The notes under the pieces were generated by a model. The model did no database searches and was not told the origin of the DNA. It was given only the letters and a program-made list of their open reading frames with translations. Positions 44,766 through 54,416 of a stretch of DNA of 58,546 nucleotides are shown piece by piece (positions within the stretch are counted from its first letter, which is position 1; each line of letters begins with the position of its first letter). A program made the translations under genes and the position numbers. Source of the stretch: Candidatus Pacebacteria bacterium UBA6180 (GTDB lineage Bacteria > Patescibacteriota > Microgenomatia > UBA1400 > PJMF01); the NCBI GenBank assembly GCA_002422165.1, contig DITQ01000007.1:1-58546 (forward strand), in the 5' to 3' direction.

Positions 44766-44798
44766 AAAACCCGCGCCTTATAGCGCGGGTTTTCTTTT
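44766..44798. terminator. bidirectional rho-independent terminator between convergent genes
   Basis: aaaaACCCGCGCcttataGCGCGGGTtttcttttg: GC-rich 8-9 bp stem flanked by an A-run and a T-run. It serves the small ORF (+) and rplL (-). Confidence 0.8.
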
Positions 44799-44824
44799 GC
44801 TGTTTGTGAAGAATCGAGGAATTT

Positions 44825-45229
44825 TTACTTCAATTCAACGACACAACCGGCCTCTTCCAAGGTTTTCTTGGCGGCTTCGGCGTCTTCCTTCTTGGCGCCT
44901 TCTAAGACTGGCTTAGGGGCGGACTCGACGAAGGTCTTGGCATCACCTAAACCGAGTTCTGGTTTGAGAGTGCGGACTGCCTTAATGGCGGCAATCTTGT
45001 TGCTGCCAGCTTCCTTGAGGATGACGTCAAATTCGTCTTGCTCGGCGGCGGCTGGAGCAGCTCCGGCGGCACCTGCAGGCATAGCACCCATCATCATGGG
45101 AGCAGCTGCGGTCACACCAAAGGTGTCTTCCAAAGCGGTGACTAGTTCAGAGACTTCCATGAGGGAGAGTTCTTTGACGGCGTCGACCATTTTTTGGACT
45201 TTTTCTGAGAGTTTTTTCTCGTCTGCCAT
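44825..45229 (-). CDS. rplL: 50S ribosomal protein L7/L12
   Basis: N-terminal dimerisation helix, Ala/Pro-rich hinge ([22 protein letters not shown]), C-terminal [11 protein letters not shown]...GLGDAK. Confidence 0.95.
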   Translation of the reverse strand: MADEKKLSEKVQKMVDAVKELSLMEVSELVTALEDTFGVTAAAPMMMGAMPAGAAGAAPAAAEQDEFDVILKEAGSNKIAAIKAVRTLKPELGLGDAKTFVESAPKPVLEGAKKEDAEAAKKTLEEAGCVVELK

Positions 45230-45278
45230 ATGTTTGTTCCTTTCTATAATTGATATTTGTTTCTACAGCTAATTAATA

Positions 45279-45782
45279 TTATTTCTTCTCGGCGATGGCT
45301 TTCATCACGTAGACTAAGTTGCGAGCGCTTGCTTGCAGGACATTGACCAGGCCTTGACCCGGGCTCTTGAGTCTTTGGATCAGCATGACGATCAGCTCGT
45401 TCTTGCCTGGGAGCTTGCTGAGGGTCTGGACTTCTTCTCTGGACAAAACTTTGCCATCCATGAAGCCTTGTTTGATCTCGATCAGATCGCTGTCCTCATG
45501 AAACTTAACTAAAGCCTTGATGGCTGCGACGGGATCAGAGTAGGAAAAAACCGCGGCGCTCATGCCTTGGAGGGACTTAGTTAGCTGACCCTTGCCAACA
45601 GCGATGTCGATCAGGGTATTCTTGGTGACAAACATCTCGCCACCAGCTTCCTGGAGGGCAGCCCGCAACTCAGTCAATTTCTTGACGTTGGCGCCAGAAT
45701 AGTCGATGACCACCATCGAAGCGGCTTTATTTAATTTGTCTTGAATCAGTTTGACCTGTTCTTGATTGTGTTGGTTTGGCAT
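45279..45782 (-). CDS. rplJ: 50S ribosomal protein L10
   Basis: VVIDYSGANVKKLTELRAALQEAGGEMFVTKNTL is the typical L10 core. It lies immediately upstream of rplL. Confidence 0.9.
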   Translation of the reverse strand: MPNQHNQEQVKLIQDKLNKAASMVVIDYSGANVKKLTELRAALQEAGGEMFVTKNTLIDIAVGKGQLTKSLQGMSAAVFSYSDPVAAIKALVKFHEDSDLIEIKQGFMDGKVLSREEVQTLSKLPGKNELIVMLIQRLKSPGQGLVNVLQASARNLVYVMKAIAEKK

Positions 45783-45966
45783 AGGCTCCTTTACAAAAAA
45801 CTACTAAGTTGATTTCAAATTTCAAAACTCTAAACCGAAGGGGGAGTGAGGCAAACGCAAAAAGGGGAAAATAACAAACAAGCTATTTATCCTCGGTGCG
45901 ATTTTTAACTTCTCTTTCGGGTTTATGCCAGACTGAGAAGCCACACTGTCTTTGGAATAGAAGGGC

Positions 45967-45972
45967 ATTATA
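45967..45972 (-). promoter_or_regulatory. candidate -10 box (TATAAT) for rplJ-rplL, giving a ~185-nt leader
   Basis: Minus-strand TATAAT in gttgTATAATgccc. The -35 element is weak. Confidence 0.25.
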
Positions 45973-46026
45973 CAACAAAAACTTTATGGATAGAAGAGGG
46001 AGTTGATTTGTGTCATAATCAATCCA

Positions 46027-48132
46027 ATGAAACTGCGCCAACTATTTGCTGCTGGCTTACTGCTTCTTTTGGCAGTCGCTCCCACTTTGGCTAAAGAATA
46101 CTCAATCGACCGAGTAGATATCAAGGCCACGCTTAACAAAGATGGTGCCTTGAAAGTGACAGAAGAACGTCAATTTGACTTTCAGGGTGATTATCGCTTC
46201 GTCTACCAAACCATCTCCAAAAAATCAGATCGCAGCGAGCCCTACTTGCTCGAGAAGTTTCAGCTCTGCGAGAAGACTTCCGGTCTTTGTTACCGAGAGC
46301 TAGATGAAACACAAGTCAACCTTTCTGCGCCACGGGAGAATCCTGATCGCACTTTTGTGGTGGTCGATCGCGGCGACGAGTATTATCTGCAGTGGCATTT
46401 CCAGGCTAATTACCAGACGATGGACTTTGTCTTGACTTATGAAGTCGAAAATGCCGTCACTCGTCACCAGGACGTGGCGGAGTTTTACTGGCAGTTTGTC
46501 GGTGCGGACTGGGAAGTAGCCAGTCAAAACGTTAGCGCTCGACTCTATTTACCCAGTCAGTTGCTAGCGAGCCAGGTGGACGAAGTGCAGGCTTTTGGTC
46601 ATGGTCCTTTGGCAGCGACAGTTAGCATTGCTGCTTTGCCAGATCGAGAAACTGGCGCTTTTACGGTCGACTGGCAAGCAAGCGAGTTGGCAGTAGGTAA
46701 GTTTTTTGAGGGTCGAGTACTTTTGCCGCGCACTTTGTTTTTGGGTGAAGATAATGGTCAGCTAACTAAAGCAGCGATTTTAGCAGAAGAAGAGTCTTTC
46801 ATCGCTGCCACGATCAAGCAGTTGCAAAAAGCTGAGCGCTTGGCCTGGCTTTATTTAGTTGCGGCGCTTGTTTTGGCTGTGGCCGGCCTATTGTTGACAT
46901 TGATGGAAATCGCCAAATTCTGGCGACTAGGCAAGGACAAGGCCCTGCAGAAACTAAGCGGAGTTTGGGAGCCACCTGCTGATCGTGAGCCAGCTCAAGT
47001 TTGGCAAGTTTTAACTGCCAAAACGACTCTCAACCCAAAAGTTTTTACGGCCACGGTTTTGGCACTGGTCCAAAAAAAGCTATTCAAAATTACTCGTAGT
47101 CAGCAAAAAGAAGGCTTTATCAAGAAAGAATATCGCTACTATTTGGAAAAAACTTCTCGTGTGGTTGCTGGTATAGATGAAGTCGAAAAAGGGGACAGAG
47201 TGGTGGAGTTGGCAGCGGTGGAGCTGGAAGTTTACGAATTTCTGACTCGCAAAATCGCCAAAATTTACCTCAAATACTTGGACGAGCACACCAAAGAGTG
47301 GGTGACTCGGACGGCGCTTAGTGCCGCTCCTACCGCTGCCACCAAGCGCCGCTTGGCCCTGACCGACATTGCTGCCTACATCAAGACCTATCCTTCTTCG
47401 AGTTACACTTTTTTCAAATCTTTGGAGAAAATTTCTTTTCAAGCCGCGCTCAAGGACGGTCTTTTCGAGCCAGAGTCTTATGCCTATTCTAAGAGCTTTT
47501 CGGCTTGGAGGGTTTTCATTGTGGCCATGTTAGCCTTTGGCTTGATTTTCATCAGTAGCAGCTTGCTAAATCAAGAAATTGACCAAGCAATTAAAGTAAT
47601 AGCGCAGTTGGCCGCTCTAGCTTCATTTATAGTTAGTTTCACATTTTTCGCCTTAAGCATGGCTTTGGTGGCGCTTCAGCATTTTTCCAACAAGCGCAGC
47701 AAGAAGGGTTGGGAAGAGGCTAGCGCCTGGCAGGGTTTCCGTCGCCACATGACTGCTTACCAAAAAACCGCCAAATACACCATCGACAGCGTGATTCTAT
47801 GGGAAAAGTACTTGATTTACGGAACTTTGTTTGGCGTGTCAGTCAAAGTTTTGTCACAGCTGCCGGTTCATTTTTCAGCTGGAGATCAGCAGGTGTTGGC
47901 AAGCTACTGGGGAGTGCGAGCTAGCAATGATCTGACTTCTTCATCGATGGCTGACTTAGGCGCAATTAGCTTAGGTTCCCTGACGGACTCGCTTAATTCG
48001 CTGGGTGGTGCTTTTGCCAATTTAACCAACTCTGCCAGTCGTAGTTACGGCGCCTCTGGCGCTTCATCAAGCGGCGGTTTCTCTGGGGGTGGGGGAGGCG
48101 GTGGAGGTGGTGGTGGCGGTGGAGCTGGTTAA
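46027..48132 (+). CDS. DUF2207 family membrane protein with C-terminal poly-glycine tail
   Basis: Signal peptide. KEYSIDRVDIKATLNKDGALKVTEERQFDFQGDYRFVYQTI is the typical DUF2207 start. Internal TM helices, tail SSGGFSGGGGGGGGGGGGGAG. ATG 46027 is preferred to TTG 46003. Confidence 0.7.
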   Translation: MKLRQLFAAGLLLLLAVAPTLAKEYSIDRVDIKATLNKDGALKVTEERQFDFQGDYRFVYQTISKKSDRSEPYLLEKFQLCEKTSGLCYRELDETQVNLSAPRENPDRTFVVVDRGDEYYLQWHFQANYQTMDFVLTYEVENAVTRHQDVAEFYWQFVGADWEVASQNVSARLYLPSQLLASQVDEVQAFGHGPLAATVSIAALPDRETGAFTVDWQASELAVGKFFEGRVLLPRTLFLGEDNGQLTKAAILAEEESFIAATIKQLQKAERLAWLYLVAALVLAVAGLLLTLMEIAKFWRLGKDKALQKLSGVWEPPADREPAQVWQVLTAKTTLNPKVFTATVLALVQKKLFKITRSQQKEGFIKKEYRYYLEKTSRVVAGIDEVEKGDRVVELAAVELEVYEFLTRKIAKIYLKYLDEHTKEWVTRTALSAAPTAATKRRLALTDIAAYIKTYPSSSYTFFKSLEKISFQAALKDGLFEPESYAYSKSFSAWRVFIVAMLAFGLIFISSSLLNQEIDQAIKVIAQLAALASFIVSFTFFALSMALVALQHFSNKRSKKGWEEASAWQGFRRHMTAYQKTAKYTIDSVILWEKYLIYGTLFGVSVKVLSQLPVHFSAGDQQVLASYWGVRASNDLTSSSMADLGAISLGSLTDSLNSLGGAFANLTNSASRSYGASGASSSGGFSGGGGGGGGGGGGGAG

Positions 48133-48155
48133 TAACTCGTGATACTATTGACCTT

Positions 48156-49133
48156 ATGCAAAAATTTTTCCGCCTCTTTTTCTCTGGTTTCATGATGGGC
48201 TCAGCCGACACCGTGCCAGGTGTTTCCGGTGGGACCATTGCTTTTTTGCTGGGTATTTATGAGCAGCTGATTTATAGCATTAAACTTTTAAGTGGCGAGG
48301 TGGTGCGCTTGGTTCTTAGCTTGAAGATCAAAGAAGCCTGGGCCAAGGTGCCTTTTGGCTTTTTAGTGCCACTTGGACTTGGCATGGTGACGGCGGTGCT
48401 GGTCCTGTCAAACGGTATTTCCTACTTGCTCAAAAATCAGCCAGTTTACGTCTGGGCTTTCTTTTTTGGTCTAGTTATCGCTTCGATTCTCGTAGTCCGT
48501 AAGCGAGTGGTGACCTGGAATCGCCATGATTATTTGGCGATGCTGGCGACCGCGATTCTGGCTTACTTTATCGTCGGGGCTGTGCCAGTTGAGACCCCAG
48601 CGACGCTCTTGGCATTCTTTTTAGCAGGAGCGGTGGCGATTTGTGCGATGATCCTGCCGGGAGTGTCCGGTTCTTTTTTGCTAGTAATCATGGGCAAATA
48701 CGAGCAAATTCTAACCGCAGTTACGGAACAAAATCTCCTGGTTTTAGGCACGACAATGGTTGGCTCTGTAGTTGGCTTGGCTCTTTTCTCACGAGTTTTG
48801 TCCTGGCTTTTTACCAAACATCACGACATCGTGGTGGCGGCTTTGACCGGTTTTATGATCGGTTCGCTGCGCAAAGTTTGGCCCTTTAAAGAAGTTTTGA
48901 CGACTAGAATCAACAGTCACGGCGAGTTGGTGCCGCTTTTGGAGCGCAACGTTTTGCCGGTTTTTGACAGCTCACTTTTGTTGGCTTTGGTGCTGGTTGG
49001 ACTGGGCTTTGGCCTAATCATGTTCCTCGATCGCTTCCAGGTGACCAAGGAAAGTGTGACAGACGTGCAGGATAAGAAATTCGCCAAGGAGCACGCTAAG
49101 GCAGTCAAGTCGCAGAAGTCTGGGCAGATTTAA
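48156..49133 (+). CDS. DUF368 family polytopic membrane protein (family implicated in undecaprenyl-phosphate translocation)
   Basis: Duplicated signature VPGVSGGTIAFLLGIYE and LPGVSGSFLLVIMGKYE. Confidence 0.8.
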   Translation: MQKFFRLFFSGFMMGSADTVPGVSGGTIAFLLGIYEQLIYSIKLLSGEVVRLVLSLKIKEAWAKVPFGFLVPLGLGMVTAVLVLSNGISYLLKNQPVYVWAFFFGLVIASILVVRKRVVTWNRHDYLAMLATAILAYFIVGAVPVETPATLLAFFLAGAVAICAMILPGVSGSFLLVIMGKYEQILTAVTEQNLLVLGTTMVGSVVGLALFSRVLSWLFTKHHDIVVAALTGFMIGSLRKVWPFKEVLTTRINSHGELVPLLERNVLPVFDSSLLLALVLVGLGFGLIMFLDRFQVTKESVTDVQDKKFAKEHAKAVKSQKSGQI

Positions 49134-49275
49134 GCGCACGCTGTATGAGTCATGCTTAAACTTGCAAAAAGAAGACTGGCGTTTTACAATCACCTTTGTG
49201 TTAAATAGTTTTGCCAACCAAACCACCACTACCACTGCTTAAGAAGCGGGGTTTTGGTTGTTGTTTGCAAAGAAA

Positions 49276-49300
49276 CCCCGCCAGAGAGCGGGATTTTTTG
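49276..49300 (+). terminator. rho-independent terminator after DUF368 gene / upstream of thrS
   Basis: CCCGC cagaga GCGGG followed by ATTTTTTG. The 5' arm is shared with a longer upstream hairpin (49246-49281). Confidence 0.5.
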
Positions 49301-49383
49301 TTGTATGCCGGCCTATTTAAGCAACCAGCAAGCAAATTATCAAGAAACCAAGTAAAATAAAAACTACATCACAGAAAGGCACT

Positions 49384-51423
49384 ATGCCAAAAAGAAATCA
49401 AGTCGACCAAGCCGAGCAACTTTTCAAACTGCGTCACACCAGCGAGCACGTGCTGACTATGGCCATGGAGAAAATTTACGGCAGCGACGAGAAGAGCAAT
49501 CCCGTGGTGATCAAGGCCATGGGCCCAGCCATCGCTGAGGGTTTTTATTTCGACTTCGACCTGGCTGACAGTGCTCGGGAACAGGGACTGCGTATCACCG
49601 AAAAAGATTTCCCCAAAATCGAGAAGGAAATGAAAAAACTGATTCAGCAAAGCTTGTTGATGGAGCGCGTCGAGGTGTCACTCAAGGTAGCGCGCCAGGT
49701 TTTTGCTGCCAACCCTTACAAGCAAGAACTCTTGGATGGCTTGGAAAACGCTGAAGACTTCGAGCTTAGCGAATCCTCAAGCGACGGTCAGTCGATGGTT
49801 AAACACCAGATGCTCGAGAAAAATCCGAGCAAAATCACTTTTTACTTGACTGGCCGAGCCGAGCAGATCGAAGCAGACAAGAAGCTGCTAGCCGGTTTGG
49901 AAATGATGTCTGGTAGCGATGGCGCGAGCATCAGATTGGCTTCTTTCGTCGATCTGTGCAAGGGTCCACACGTCGCTAAAACTTCTGAAATCAAGGCTTT
50001 CAAGCTGCTTAGTGTCGCCGGCGCTTACTGGCGGGGCAGCGAGAAAAACAAAATGCTGACCCGCATCTACGGAACAGCTTTTACTTCTGCGGCGGAACTC
50101 GATGACTATCTGGCCAAGAAGCAGTTGGCCGAGGAACGCAACCACCGCAAGATTGGCAAGGAAATGGAGCTTTTTGCCATCATTCCCGAGATCGGTCAAG
50201 GTTTGCCGGTCTGGCTCCCCAACGGCTACGCCATGCGTCGCGTCCTGGAGGACTACATGATGAAGATGGAGCGCCGTTTCGGGTATGTCCACATCTTGAC
50301 CCCGCATTTGAATCGCAAAGAATTGTTTGAAAAATCAGGCCATTTAGGCTTTTATGATGAAAGTATGTACCCGCCTTTGACCTACGAGGAGAAAGATGAT
50401 TCGGGCAAAGTTATAGGCTCAGACGAAGTCTACTACCCCAAACCAATGAACTGTCCGGCGGGGATGATGGTCTACCGGCTCAAAAGTCACAGCTACCGCG
50501 ATCTGCCGATCAAAATGGGTGAGTTCGGCACGGTTTATCGTCGCGAGAAGTCTGGCGAACTGCACGGTCTGCAGCGCGTCCGCGGTTTCACCCAAAACGA
50601 CGCTCACATTTTTTGCACCCCCGCGCAGCTCAAGGAGCAATTCCGCGAAGTGATGCAGATGCTCGATCTTTTCTACGCCGACATGGGTTTTGATAACTAC
50701 CATTTCCGCCTGTCGCTTTCCGATCCTGACAAAGCCAAATTCCAGGCCTGCGGCAGTCGCAGTGACTGGGAACAGGCTGAGCGGATTTTGCGCGAAATCT
50801 TGGACGAAGCCGGCGTCGAGTACGTCGAAGCCAAGGGTGAAGCGGCTTTCTACGGCCCCAAGCTCGACGTCCAAGCAGTCAACGTCTTTGGCAAAGAGGA
50901 CAGCATCTCGACCATTCAAGTCGACTTCAACTTGCCGGAACGCTTCGACCTGTCTTACATCGATGAGAAAGGTGAGAAACAGCGACCCTTCGTCATCCAT
51001 CGTGCTCTAGTCGGTTCCTTTGAGCGTTTTTTCTCCTTCCTGATCGAGCACCACGGCGGCGATTTCCCCACCTGGCTGGCGCCAGTCCAGGTCAAAGTCT
51101 TGCCGATCGCCGATCGCCATCTGGCTTACGCCCGCCAAGTTTTCGAAATGCTGTTGGACGATGGCGTCCGCGTCGAGCTCGATGACCGCTCTGAGCGCTT
51201 GCAAGCCAAAATTCGCGCCGCTGAGACAGCTCGTGTGCCAATTATGCTGATCATCGGTGACAACGAAGTTGCTATCAAGCAAGTCGGCCTACGCGTGCGC
51301 GGCAAGGCACGGGAGCGAGCGGAAACACTGATCAAGTCTGGTAAATTGCAGGCAGAATTAAATCAAAGCGGAGACTTGGGTGTGAAAGATTTAAGTGTGC
51401 TAGAGGAATTTTTGCAGAAGTAA
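49384..51423 (+). CDS. thrS: threonyl-tRNA synthetase (no N-terminal TGS domain)
   Basis: Begins directly at the editing-domain motif LRHTSEHVL. Class II core present (FRRE-like VYRREKSGELHGLQRVRGFTQNDAHIF). C-terminal anticodon-binding domain PVQVKVLPI. Confidence 0.9.
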   Translation: MPKRNQVDQAEQLFKLRHTSEHVLTMAMEKIYGSDEKSNPVVIKAMGPAIAEGFYFDFDLADSAREQGLRITEKDFPKIEKEMKKLIQQSLLMERVEVSLKVARQVFAANPYKQELLDGLENAEDFELSESSSDGQSMVKHQMLEKNPSKITFYLTGRAEQIEADKKLLAGLEMMSGSDGASIRLASFVDLCKGPHVAKTSEIKAFKLLSVAGAYWRGSEKNKMLTRIYGTAFTSAAELDDYLAKKQLAEERNHRKIGKEMELFAIIPEIGQGLPVWLPNGYAMRRVLEDYMMKMERRFGYVHILTPHLNRKELFEKSGHLGFYDESMYPPLTYEEKDDSGKVIGSDEVYYPKPMNCPAGMMVYRLKSHSYRDLPIKMGEFGTVYRREKSGELHGLQRVRGFTQNDAHIFCTPAQLKEQFREVMQMLDLFYADMGFDNYHFRLSLSDPDKAKFQACGSRSDWEQAERILREILDEAGVEYVEAKGEAAFYGPKLDVQAVNVFGKEDSISTIQVDFNLPERFDLSYIDEKGEKQRPFVIHRALVGSFERFFSFLIEHHGGDFPTWLAPVQVKVLPIADRHLAYARQVFEMLLDDGVRVELDDRSERLQAKIRAAETARVPIMLIIGDNEVAIKQVGLRVRGKARERAETLIKSGKLQAELNQSGDLGVKDLSVLEEFLQK

Positions 51424-51427
51424 AGTT

Positions 51428-52420
51428 ATGAAAATCACTGCAGCCCGAGCTTTATCCAAGCAAATTCTCACCAAGCTTGGCTTTCCCGCCGAAGAAGCGG
51501 AGCTGATTACTCAGAACTTAATCGAAGCCGAGCTGGTAGAAAAGCCAACTCACGGCTTAATTCGCTTGCCAAACATCGCTAAACTGGTGGCAGAGGGCAA
51601 AATTGCCGTTGGTGGAGCAGAGATGTCGCTCATCAGCGAAACTCGCGCTAGTCTGCAATTCGATGGTCATCACAAAGCTGGTTTTTATGTGATCTACAAA
51701 TCTCTAGAGCAAGCCTTCACCAAGGCCAAAGCAACTGGCCTGGTGGCTGTGGCGCTCAAGAACCTGGCTTACGCCTCTGGATACATCGGCGATTACGCGC
51801 GACTGGCAGCGGAGCAGAATTTGATTTTCATCGGCTTTCACAATTCGCCTGCGGGCCTAGTACCCTTTGGCGCCAAGAGAAGCTTGTGGGGCACCAACCC
51901 CATCACCATCGGCGTGCCGACTCATGATGCGCCGGTGATTTTGGACATGGCCTCCTCCAAAACCACCTGGGGCAATCTACTACTCGCCAAATCTCTTGGC
52001 CAAACTTTGCCGACAACTGACCTGGCAATTGATCAAACTGGTGAGCCGACAAGTGATCCGGCAGCAGCGATGTTGGGTGGTTTATTACCCATTGCCGGCC
52101 ACAAAGGTTCTGGTTTGGCCCTGATCGTCGAACTTTTGGCTGGCGGCCTCAGCAATTCGCGGGTTGGCAAGGCAGTCGAAGGCGGTTGGGGTTCTTTTTA
52201 CTTGCTGCTTGATCCGACTTTGTTTCGAAGGCTTGATGATTTCAAAAATGACGTCCAAAAAGCCCTAGCAGAAATCAAGGCTGCGCCCAAGGCCAAAGCT
52301 GTCACAGAAATCTTTTTTCCTGGCGAGCAGGCTGCAAATAAACGACAAGCTAATTTACAGATGGGAACTATCGAAGTGAGTGAAAAATTGCTAAAAAACT
52401 TAGAGGAGATGAATACTTAA
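51428..52420 (+). CDS. Ldh_2 family (malate/L-lactate/sulfolactate-type) NAD(P)H-dependent dehydrogenase
   Basis: KPTHGLIRLPNI, NPITIGVP, IAGHKGSGLALIVELLAG are landmarks of the type-2 malate/lactate dehydrogenase family. Confidence 0.75.
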   Translation: MKITAARALSKQILTKLGFPAEEAELITQNLIEAELVEKPTHGLIRLPNIAKLVAEGKIAVGGAEMSLISETRASLQFDGHHKAGFYVIYKSLEQAFTKAKATGLVAVALKNLAYASGYIGDYARLAAEQNLIFIGFHNSPAGLVPFGAKRSLWGTNPITIGVPTHDAPVILDMASSKTTWGNLLLAKSLGQTLPTTDLAIDQTGEPTSDPAAAMLGGLLPIAGHKGSGLALIVELLAGGLSNSRVGKAVEGGWGSFYLLLDPTLFRRLDDFKNDVQKALAEIKAAPKAKAVTEIFFPGEQAANKRQANLQMGTIEVSEKLLKNLEEMNT

Positions 52421-52424
52421 AAAT

Positions 52425-52976
52425 ATGTCTTCAGTAAAGGAATCATCATCACAATTCGAAACTCCAGGCATTAAAAATTTTACACTAATGTCATTTGAAT
52501 TTGTTGGAAAAAAATTTGATGTGGTACTTTCTTACGTTAAGGAACTTGAGGAATTTTCTGATGATACCTGTTTAGTGAGCATTCAAGTTAAATCTGAAGG
52601 TCGAGATGCTGCTATTTTAACAGGCAAAATTAAACTCGATGCTCTCAATCATCGACAAGAGTTTTTTAGTTTAGGATTGGGCAACTCAGGAGTTTTTTAT
52701 GATAAACAGCTAAAGATCAGAACTAAAGCTGACCATGTGCCAGGATTGGTAGGAGAAACAATTAAACAGTTGATTTGCAACGAAATTTTCTACAAGTGGA
52801 CCTCATCAGACTCAGACGGTCTTTCTAAAGGTGCAAATATCATGTACAAACGTCTTAGTTCTGAAAAAGATGTAATTGTTGGGAAAATTTTTGTTCGCAG
52901 TCGTCCAAATTGGCTGCTGCGAACCCTAAACCTAGTTGAGGACGCTAATTATTATTACACTGTCTCAAAAAGATAA
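52425..52976 (+). CDS. hypothetical protein (low GC ORFan)
   Basis: 183-aa ORF starting 5 nt after the previous stop. No motifs recognised. GC is visibly lower than the flanks. Confidence 0.4.
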   Translation: MSSVKESSSQFETPGIKNFTLMSFEFVGKKFDVVLSYVKELEEFSDDTCLVSIQVKSEGRDAAILTGKIKLDALNHRQEFFSLGLGNSGVFYDKQLKIRTKADHVPGLVGETIKQLICNEIFYKWTSSDSDGLSKGANIMYKRLSSEKDVIVGKIFVRSRPNWLLRTLNLVEDANYYYTVSKR

Positions 52977-52979
52977 AAT

Positions 52980-53759
52980 TTACTCCTCTTCACTTTCTTC
53001 AATCAAAACTTTGATGCCAGGACCCATGCTGGGCGCCAGGCTTAGTTTGAGGATTTTGCCTTTGAGAGCTTTGATCAGAGCTTCGACGTTTTGCACTAGA
53101 TCTTTGCTATTCATGTCGGTTTTGCCAACGCTCAAATGCATCAGGGGAGCTTTTTTCTCAGTTTTGAGGTTGAAAGCACCGGCTTCCAAGGCCTTTTTCT
53201 TGAGCTCGGGGTTTGGGGTAAGAGTGCCGTTCTTGGGGTTTGGCATCAGACCTTTGGGTCCCAGGACCTTGGCAAACTTAGCCAACTTAGGCATGAACTC
53301 TGGGTGAGCGACGAGGACGTCGAAGTCGATCTTGCCGGCTTCGATGTCAGTGAGCAAAGCGGCGTCGACAATGGCGACGCGAACGCTTTTACCAGTCGAG
53401 TGGGGTAGAGCGAGTTCGACGCTCGCACCAACTTCACGAACGATGACGTGAGCTTCGACACTACCGACAAACTTGGAGTAGGATAGTTTCTTGACCAGTT
53501 CAACAGCTTCCTTGAGAGGATAAAGCTTGCTTTTGTCGAGGGTAGCGCGGACGGCCTGATATTTCTTACCGCGGACTTTTTTGGCTTTGGTGACTTTAGC
53601 GACGACTGGAGTGGTGTTTTCACCAGCTTCGGTAGAGTCGTTTGAAGCGGCCTCCGCCTCAATATTTTCTTCTGGAGCGGCGACAATTTTGACTTCACTT
53701 TCGGTGGCAGTCATGTCAACATTTTTTTTGCTTCCCATATTTAACTTTCTGTGGTGCAA
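52980..53759 (-). CDS. rplA: 50S ribosomal protein L1 with acidic N-terminal extension
   Basis: Core KKVRGKKYQAVRATLDKSKLYPLKEAVELVKKL...FDVLVAHPEFMPKLAK...LGPKGLMPNPK. It is preceded by ~50 extra residues rich in E/A/T. Start is uncertain (53759, 53738 or the later ATG at 53714 beginning MTATE). Confidence 0.9.
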   Translation of the reverse strand: MHHRKLNMGSKKNVDMTATESEVKIVAAPEENIEAEAASNDSTEAGENTTPVVAKVTKAKKVRGKKYQAVRATLDKSKLYPLKEAVELVKKLSYSKFVGSVEAHVIVREVGASVELALPHSTGKSVRVAIVDAALLTDIEAGKIDFDVLVAHPEFMPKLAKFAKVLGPKGLMPNPKNGTLTPNPELKKKALEAGAFNLKTEKKAPLMHLSVGKTDMNSKDLVQNVEALIKALKGKILKLSLAPSMGPGIKVLIEESEEE

Positions 53760-53813
53760 ACGGCCAGAGTAAAGCTTGAGCCTCCCACTTATTTTTTATA
53801 TTTTAGATCTAAA

Positions 53814-54236
53814 TTAAACGACGTCCACACCCATGGAGTTGGCGGCACCGACGACGCTGCGCATGGCAGCCTCGAGGTCGCGAGTGTTCATGTCGGGCAG
53901 TTTCTTCTCGGCGATGGCCTTGACTTGCTCCATGGTTAATTTGGCTTTGTTGTCCTTGCCTGGAGTGGCGCTACCAGCTTTGAGCTTGAGGGTCTGCTTG
54001 ATCAGGTCAGCCACTGGGGGCAACTTGAGGACGAAGGTAAAAGAATTGTTCTCGTAAATGGTGATTTCAGCCGGGATGACCTGACCCTTCTGGTCGGCTG
54101 TTTGGGCGTTGTACTGCTTGAGGAAGTCCATCATGTTGATGCCAGCTTGACCCAAAATTGGACCGACTGGAGGCGCAGGAGTAGCGGTCCCAGCGGGGAG
54201 GTTGAGTTTGAGAACGGATTTAATTTTTTTGGCCAT
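53814..54236 (-). CDS. rplK: 50S ribosomal protein L11
   Basis: MAKKIKSVLKLNLPAGTATPAPPVGPILGQAGINMMDF. ATG 54236 is chosen; the track extends 17 codons further upstream to an implausible start. Confidence 0.95.
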   Translation of the reverse strand: MAKKIKSVLKLNLPAGTATPAPPVGPILGQAGINMMDFLKQYNAQTADQKGQVIPAEITIYENNSFTFVLKLPPVADLIKQTLKLKAGSATPGKDNKAKLTMEQVKAIAEKKLPDMNTRDLEAAMRSVVGAANSMGVDVV

Positions 54237-54400
54237 ATGTGTCGCGACTTTGATTTTTCTCCTTGGTAGTCTCTCGAACAACCGCATCGAAAAATTAAAA
54301 TCGTTCCTTTCTTATTTTTTTCAATTGTTTAATTCATGCGCTAGTGAAATCTGAGAAGCGTGAGTCCCTAACCCACCAAATTTCAGCTGCGAAGAAAGAT

Positions 54401-54409
54401 ATTATAGCA
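54401..54409 (-). promoter_or_regulatory. candidate extended -10 promoter (TGCTATAAT) for rplK-rplA, giving a ~165-nt leader
   Basis: Minus strand reads catGCTATAATatc, i.e. TGnTATAAT, in the nusG-rplK spacer. Confidence 0.4.
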
Positions 54410-54416
54410 TGAATTA

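Noticed and set aside
49134-49383. T-box riboswitch upstream of thrS
   Set aside because: No T-box consensus (AATTAGGGTGGTACCGCG-like) occurs on the plus strand. The only GGTGG-rich string is on the wrong strand, and the spacer is short for a full T-box.
54237-54287. N-terminal 17-codon extension of rplK given in the ORF track
   Set aside because: The L11 consensus begins at MAKKI (ATG 54236). The extension (MRLFERLPRRKIKVATH) is not L11-like.
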